64,000 nucleotides of DNA from Camelus dromedarius (lineage: Eukaryota), in NCBI RefSeq assembly GCF_036321535.1, contig NC_087447.1, positions 43,154,001 through 43,218,000 on the forward strand, in the 5' to 3' direction. Positions 58,241 through 64,000 of the stretch are shown piece by piece. Each line of letters begins with the position of its first letter. The stretch's first letter is position 1. Made by a program: the position numbers and the translations under genes. The notes under the pieces were generated by a model. That model searched no databases and was not told the origin of the DNA. It worked only from the letters and a program-made list of their open reading frames with translations.

Positions 58241-60289
58241 TTACTAGCTGAATGGTTGTCATGGGGACAGGGAGACTCTCAGGGGGGTTATAGGGAGGAG
58301 CATGCACATTCGATATAAGGATGATCCTTATTAGTAAAGCTGTCCACCCCTGGATTATTGTGCTAAGGAAGTGTTTGACTCATTTCTGAACAACAGAGCC
58401 TGAATGACCCACCTCCTCCAACTCTAAGGGCCACCTCCAGTTCTTAGCCAGACTTTTCAGGTCCCTTCCACAACTTTTGCACCTGGTGAGGATGCCCATG
58501 ACATCTGTCATGCTGTCTGCGGACTTTATTCCAGCCCAGAGGAAAAGACACGGGCAGATGGCATGGTCCCAGCCAGTGTCTGCAGAGGAGGATGCAAGAC
58601 CTTCCTCCTGACTCATCTCTCTGCTCAGAAAGTCCTCAGAATTCCTTTTTCTGAGCACAAGCAGCAGGATAGGGACAGGGATGAGCGCAAAAAGAGGTGG
58701 CTTAATAAAAAATCCCAATAAAACTCTGCAGCCCCTGGTGGCCAGGGGCAGGTCCTGGGCACAAGCGTCCTTTAGACCCACCCACTGGGGACCCCTGACT
58801 AATATTCCTGGAGTTTCAGCCCGGCCCTCTGGCTTCATTAACGATGCTGGAGGAGGCTGAGAGGTCCAGCGGGGCTCCCCAGTGCTGCCTGGCAATATTG
58901 CCGAGCCTTCCATGTCAGCCCCACCCCAGCGCATATACCCCCTCCTCGCATTCTAGACCCTCTTCTGAGGAATGGGTTTGATTCAATCAGCCATTTGCCT
59001 GTGGGACCGCCTGGGTCAACTTATTATGGGCAGATGCCAGCTCCAGGGACTCAGGCAGCCCTGGCATGGAATTTGGAGCAGACTTATTAAAGAGCAGCAG
59101 AGAGATGCTGGAATGGGGTTCTGTTCCCCCAGAGCAACCAGACCCAGGTAGGCTCCAGCTGGGGAAGGGCGGGGCTGGGGCAGGTCAGGGGGGGAACCGA
59201 CGCAGAGCCCCCAGTGGGTACTGCTCTCCTGGTCAGAGCTGGCCTCCCTCCAACGGGAGTTCTGGGTGGGACAAGCTCAGGCCTTGTTCCCTCTACCTAC
59301 CCCCTAATAGAGAGCACAGTGCTTTAAGGAGTTTGGGCTGCAAAAAGCTAAGTCTGGCTAGTTTGAAGACAGCCAGACAAAGGCCTGGTGCTGGACCGCC
59401 CGGAGTGCCTGGGCCCTCAGCTGCCTACAAAGGAAGGAAAGGAGTGCCGACGTTGCAGTTCAGCTTAAAAATCAAACCTGTGAAACAGAACCAGCCCCCC
59501 CACTTCCCCCTCACTCCGGCATTAGCAGGAGGGGCTGAAAACATTTGTTCGGGGAGAGAGAGGGGGGAAAAAACCCTAAGTGCTTCTGCTTCCTTTTTTT
59601 TGCCAAATCATGCAGAAGATGCTGGCAGCTGCAAAGATTCAATTATGCACAATGTGAAAAATCATTTACAAAAATAATGGCACTCGAAAAAAATGGCCTC
59701 TCCAGAAATGGCGTGGAACAATAAATCCGTTAATTAGCTAATTAATATTCAATTGGGGTCAGTGGGCTTAATAGAACCTCTCTTGGAGACCCAAGAAATT
59801 CTAAACTGCTGCGAGGCTCCTGCCCACTGCCATTATCTCGGGCGAGCAGGCCCTTATCGGGCCGCCAGCTGTCCCCGAACAATGCGGGCCCTTATCAGCT
59901 GGGGCAGCAGCCCTGGCCGCTCGCTCCGGCTCCCTCCGCCCAGAGGAGCACGCAGCCCCTTGGTAATTGATATATGGCGCAGCTTTGTCTGAGGCTGTTT
60001 GCTCTGCTGGTATTTAAGGCCGCGCGGGCCCCCTGATTGATTGCCATTGGCTAAGTTTCTGTCGTCAATGACAACCCGTCAATAAGGGGACAGCCAATGG
60101 CAGGGGCTGACACTCTGGATGCCCTGACCATCTGGGCCAGGTCAGAGAATGGACATGTGGCCACATGGCCCACTTGGGTCTGGCTGGAGTTTTGTTGCCC
60201 TCCTCGGGTGGGAACCCGAATCCTCATAGACGGGCATTTGCGTGGGTGGCCAGCATCCCCTGCCCTGTTTTGCTGAGAGGCTGGATAAG

Positions 60290-60560
60290 ACCCTTGCTAT
60301 TCAAAGTTTGATCCATGAACCTGTAGCATCCATCACTTGGGAGCTTGGGTGCCCCCTCAGACCTCCTGAATCTGAATCCTAGGTCATAGGGCCCAGGAAT
60401 CTAGGCTTTATCGAGCTCTTTAGATGTTTGATGCTTGTTAAAGTTTGAGAAGCAGTTGACAAGATCAGAGTTCCCACTCCCAGTTGTCTTAGAATCACCT
60501 GAGGCGGAGAAGAGTTAAATATGCAAATTCCCACTGAAGCTTGTGCCCTGAGTACTGGTG
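60290..60560. mobile_element. MER5-type hAT-Charlie fragments
   Basis: ttgctattcaaagtttgatccatgaacctgtagcatc...cccctcagacctcctgaatctgaatc...aaagtttgagaagcag, followed by ttagaatcacctgagg...atgcaaattccc. Confidence 0.7.
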
Positions 60561-63500
60561 GGTACAAAGTACGCTGGAAACACTAGGGCTGGCCAGCAAA
60601 GAGGCAGGGAAACAGACTGCCATGGTCATGGATTTTTGGGGGATCTTGTCCAGTGTGGAGCAAGGCTGCACATGTCTAACAGAGTAGACAAGCTCTGATT
60701 ATACAAGATTTGGGCTCCAGGAACCCATTTGGGAGCCATTAGGTACTCACTATGCATTCTCTACAAAAATGATGTCCCACATGGGAGAATGGGTCCCCAG
60801 GCTGGCCCCCAGACACCATGAGACCTCTAACAAAGCCTAGTCTCAGGTAGAAGGGCTTTAGGGGGACCTGGCCTTGGAGCCCTCCAAGGATGAGGAGGTG
60901 GGGAGAGTCCCCCACCCTGATCACACCACGCCTTCTCTGAGGGGCGGCATATTAGTCAAGCAATGGGAACCAGGAGGCCATAGGGAGGACCAAACTCCAG
61001 GCACGACCTAGCTCGGGCTCCACGCGCCTGAGCCCACTCGGTGCAGGAGGAATCACCTCATACAGAGCTTGGTGATGGAAGTTCACAGCCAGCACCTGGG
61101 GCAAGGAGGGTTGAGCACCAGCCGGCAGCAGGGCCCCAGCCCCAGCGGCAGTGGGCAGGGCTGGTTGGTCGAAGCTGGTCTAAGCACTGGGCAGGGGACC
61201 TGGTGGGGCCTTGAGCCTTGTAACAAATTAGAATGAAGTGATCAGACCTAGGGTCAGAGACAGGGACCAGATGTGATACCGAGTAAAACCAGAGTGACGC
61301 CTCCTGGGCTCCACGGAGGCCACAGGTGGGGTCAAGTAGCTGATGAGGGAGGAAGGAAGGAAGCCCAGAGAAGTAGCAAGCAGCTAATTCAAGCAGTTCG
61401 TTTGCCTCTAAAGCGGCTCAGCAGCAGGGCTCAGTGTCCCCGCTGGTCATTTCTGTGTTGAGAACCAGGGCCCTCCGGGGCCTTGACCTCTGCATGGGAG
61501 GATTAACAGGCATTTCTAGAGCTCCTCCCGGTGAGAGTCACCAGAGCTGCACATCACGGGAAGGAGCACAGCTGATCCTTGGATTCCCAGCCAAGTGGTC
61601 CTCTCATCCGTGCCTTCCCTGGGACTCTGGGTGCATCGAAAGGCTGTCGGAGAATATCAAAGGCGAGTATCCATCATCCATCACTCTGCTAGCTTAAATG
61701 ACTGCCATTTTGATGTGTTAAACCCTAATGAAAAAATAACTTTCTGGTAAGTAAGCAAACCACTGACTTGAGAACCCGTGGGTTACCTAGGCCCTAAACT
61801 GCCAAGTGAGCAGTTAACTTCTAAAGCTGCGCATAACATCAAAAACTGTCCCTCCTTCCACATGTATATAAACATGATGTGTACCCTCGAGATACTCCTT
61901 CATCCCTCACTGAGCAAGTCTGCTCCTTTGGCAACTTAGGTTCAGCCCATCTCGTCAAATCTTGAGATTGGGGGCCAAAAGTGGGCTAGAGTCTCGGCCC
62001 CATCATCTTTGGGGAGGGAATGTGTGATCTCAGGTCAGGGGAGCAGCCCTGCACAAGTCAGTGCCAGAGCCTGATATCCCAATCTTCCTTTCCCAGATCA
62101 AAGCTGCTCTGGTTTCAGGAGGCCACTGGATGCCGGCTCCTCTTGCAGAGGCTCCCACAGCCAGTTGTTGGTGGAAGAGGGAGGAAGAGAGAGAGAGATA
62201 GTGAGAGACTCAGGGACAGACTCAGGAGGGGCAGAGAGAGCTGGTGGGTTTGCATGAGAATTGAGCGGTTGAGTGCTAATCATCGGTTAAATTATCTGGG
62301 ACTCTCTTTTGGCTGCCACAGAGACTGCCTATGTCTGTGATAACAGTTGCAGGATGGGCAGGTAGCTGACTGGGACCCTGCAGGTTTTCCTGACTCCAAA
62401 TCCCTATTCTGATCTTGAGTCTCTGGTTCCTACAAGCCCAAAGTGGGTTCTCCCTTGAGCAGGGAAAGGACTGAACTTACTCCCAATTCCCTTTGCCACT
62501 TGTCCTTGAAACACCAGGCTATTGGGAACCTCAGACCAGCGTCCACCCTGATTTACAGATGAGGGAACTGAGGCTGCCCAAATACCCACTGCAAACATTG
62601 AAACAGGTGCTGGGCTGGGATGACACTCCAGGAACTCCATTCCCTTTCACCTTGACCTATCTACTGACTGCCCACCCCCTCACACCCCTCACCGGTCTCC
62701 ATGGTGGGGGAGTCCAGGCCCCACCACCAGCAGAAAGCAAGTTCTGCTCACCTGAAAATTAGCTATAGGAGCAAGTACCCTGAGTGCTCCTGCAGAGTTT
62801 GGAGCTCCCTCAACTTCACGACTAATTGCAGAGAGGCAGTGGGCGGGCTCTTGGCAAGCGATTAGCTGTCCCACTGCATGAATAATTTGCATAGAAAATG
62901 CTTTATTTTGGCAATCTATTAAAGGGCCCACAGTGCTGTGGCTTATCTCCGTCTCACAGCAAGGAGAAGGCTTGGCTATCTCGTTAAGTTCTGTTGATGC
63001 ATAACAATTTGAAATGGGCACAAGCTAGTATGACATTTAAAGATGCCTTCACTTAATTATATTACACAAACATGGGGTTGTTTATCCTTGGGAATAAAGT
63101 CTTTTTGAAGTCAAAGTTGGCATGTGCATAAAGGAAGGCATTTTAACTGATTTTTCAAGAGGGGGCTTCCTCACTTCAAACTTGGGGGTTGCATTTCCCC
63201 AGGGCCTCCTAACACAGAGGACTCTATGGCTGAGATGCAGACTTTGAGATTGGTTCTCTTCTTCGTCTCTGGGGGTGGCCTCCAGTTGGCACTTCATACA
63301 GAATTGTGGAAAGAAAAGCTTATTAGAGCAAGGAAAAGAGACTGCTTTGTGACCTTGAGCGAGCCCCTCCCCTTCTCTGAGCCTCATTGCCGCATGTGCA
63401 ACACGTGGGGTGGGACTTTCCATTGCTCAAAGGCAATGGCTGACAAACTGCAGGTTGTTTTTTGCTTTCTCTTTGCCACTCAACTTTTTGACTCTGTAAA

Positions 63501-64000
63501 TAAAAATACAGCCTCTTTGGTAAAAGCCAAAGGGAATTCAGGGTCCCCAGCATATACTCTTTCTAAGGACTGGAAACACGCTGGAGGACGGAGACAAGGA
63601 AAAATAGGAAGGGGCTTGCAGCTGCTGCAGGTGGCGGTTTGTTTCTGCTCTGCCAAGGCCGAAGGCCCCAGGGGACTACAGAGCAAGCAGCCTTGTCTCA
63701 CTTCCTTGAAAACTAGGAATTGGGCCCTGGCCGGGAGGAAATGCAGGGAGAGCCCTAGGGGCATTGAGAAAATCCACAAAGCCCTGAGAAGTCCACCTTG
63801 CCATCAAGGCACTCTGCATCAGAGTGGAGACCAGTGCTGCCGGGGTAGGGGGGCAGCTCTGGACCCCAGGTTTGGTGGGCTGTTTTCTGGCAGGGTAGAG
63901 CCTTTGCTCTTTTCAGTGACAATGCTGTCTGAGTAGGTCATTCAAGAGAAAAAGATGCAGAGACAGGAAGGCTTTGTCCGTGGTCCTGGCTTCCAGGCCC

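Noticed and set aside
58380..59677. ORFs of 184 aa (-) and 203 aa (+)
   Set aside because: No recognisable homology or coding-like composition; expected by chance in GC-rich DNA.
63226..63936. 236-aa + strand ORF with a hydrophobic start
   Set aside because: No recognisable family and no promoter or polyA support. It does not resemble RIC3 or STK33, the usual neighbours of LMO1. A BLASTP/PhyloCSF check would settle it.

Overview
Mammalian genomic DNA, most likely a camelid: it carries two copies of a tRNA-derived SINE resembling the camelid Vic-1 family, and I saw no Alu, B1, Bov-A, PRE-1 or SINEC elements. The window holds the complete LMO1 (LIM domain only 1 / rhombotin-1) gene on the + strand. 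There are two alternative CpG-island first exons with nearly identical coding stubs (MVLDQEDG, 7145-7166; MMVLDKEDG, 11771-11795). A ~30 kb intron 1 follows, then three shared coding exons (42075-42288, 44610-44735, 46257-46362). The spliced ORFs are 155 and 156 aa with two LIM domains, and an ATTAAA polyA signal lies at 46603. The rest is ancient repeats (L1, L2, MIR, MaLR, ERV LTRs, hAT MITEs) plus many AT-rich, TAAT/GATA-dense blocks that look like enhancers. I found no other protein-coding gene and no clearly new biological system. The best unexplained structures are: a near-perfect 140-bp inverted repeat pair (53903-54042 / 54840-54979); a template-switch-like palindromic cluster (~19805-19880); an IR-bounded AT-rich element (48444-48585); a convergent CTCF motif pair bracketing intron 1; a probable ortholog of the neuroblastoma GATA enhancer; and a downstream GATA/E-box/homeobox cluster. 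Repeat family names and boundaries are from visual recognition and are approximate.
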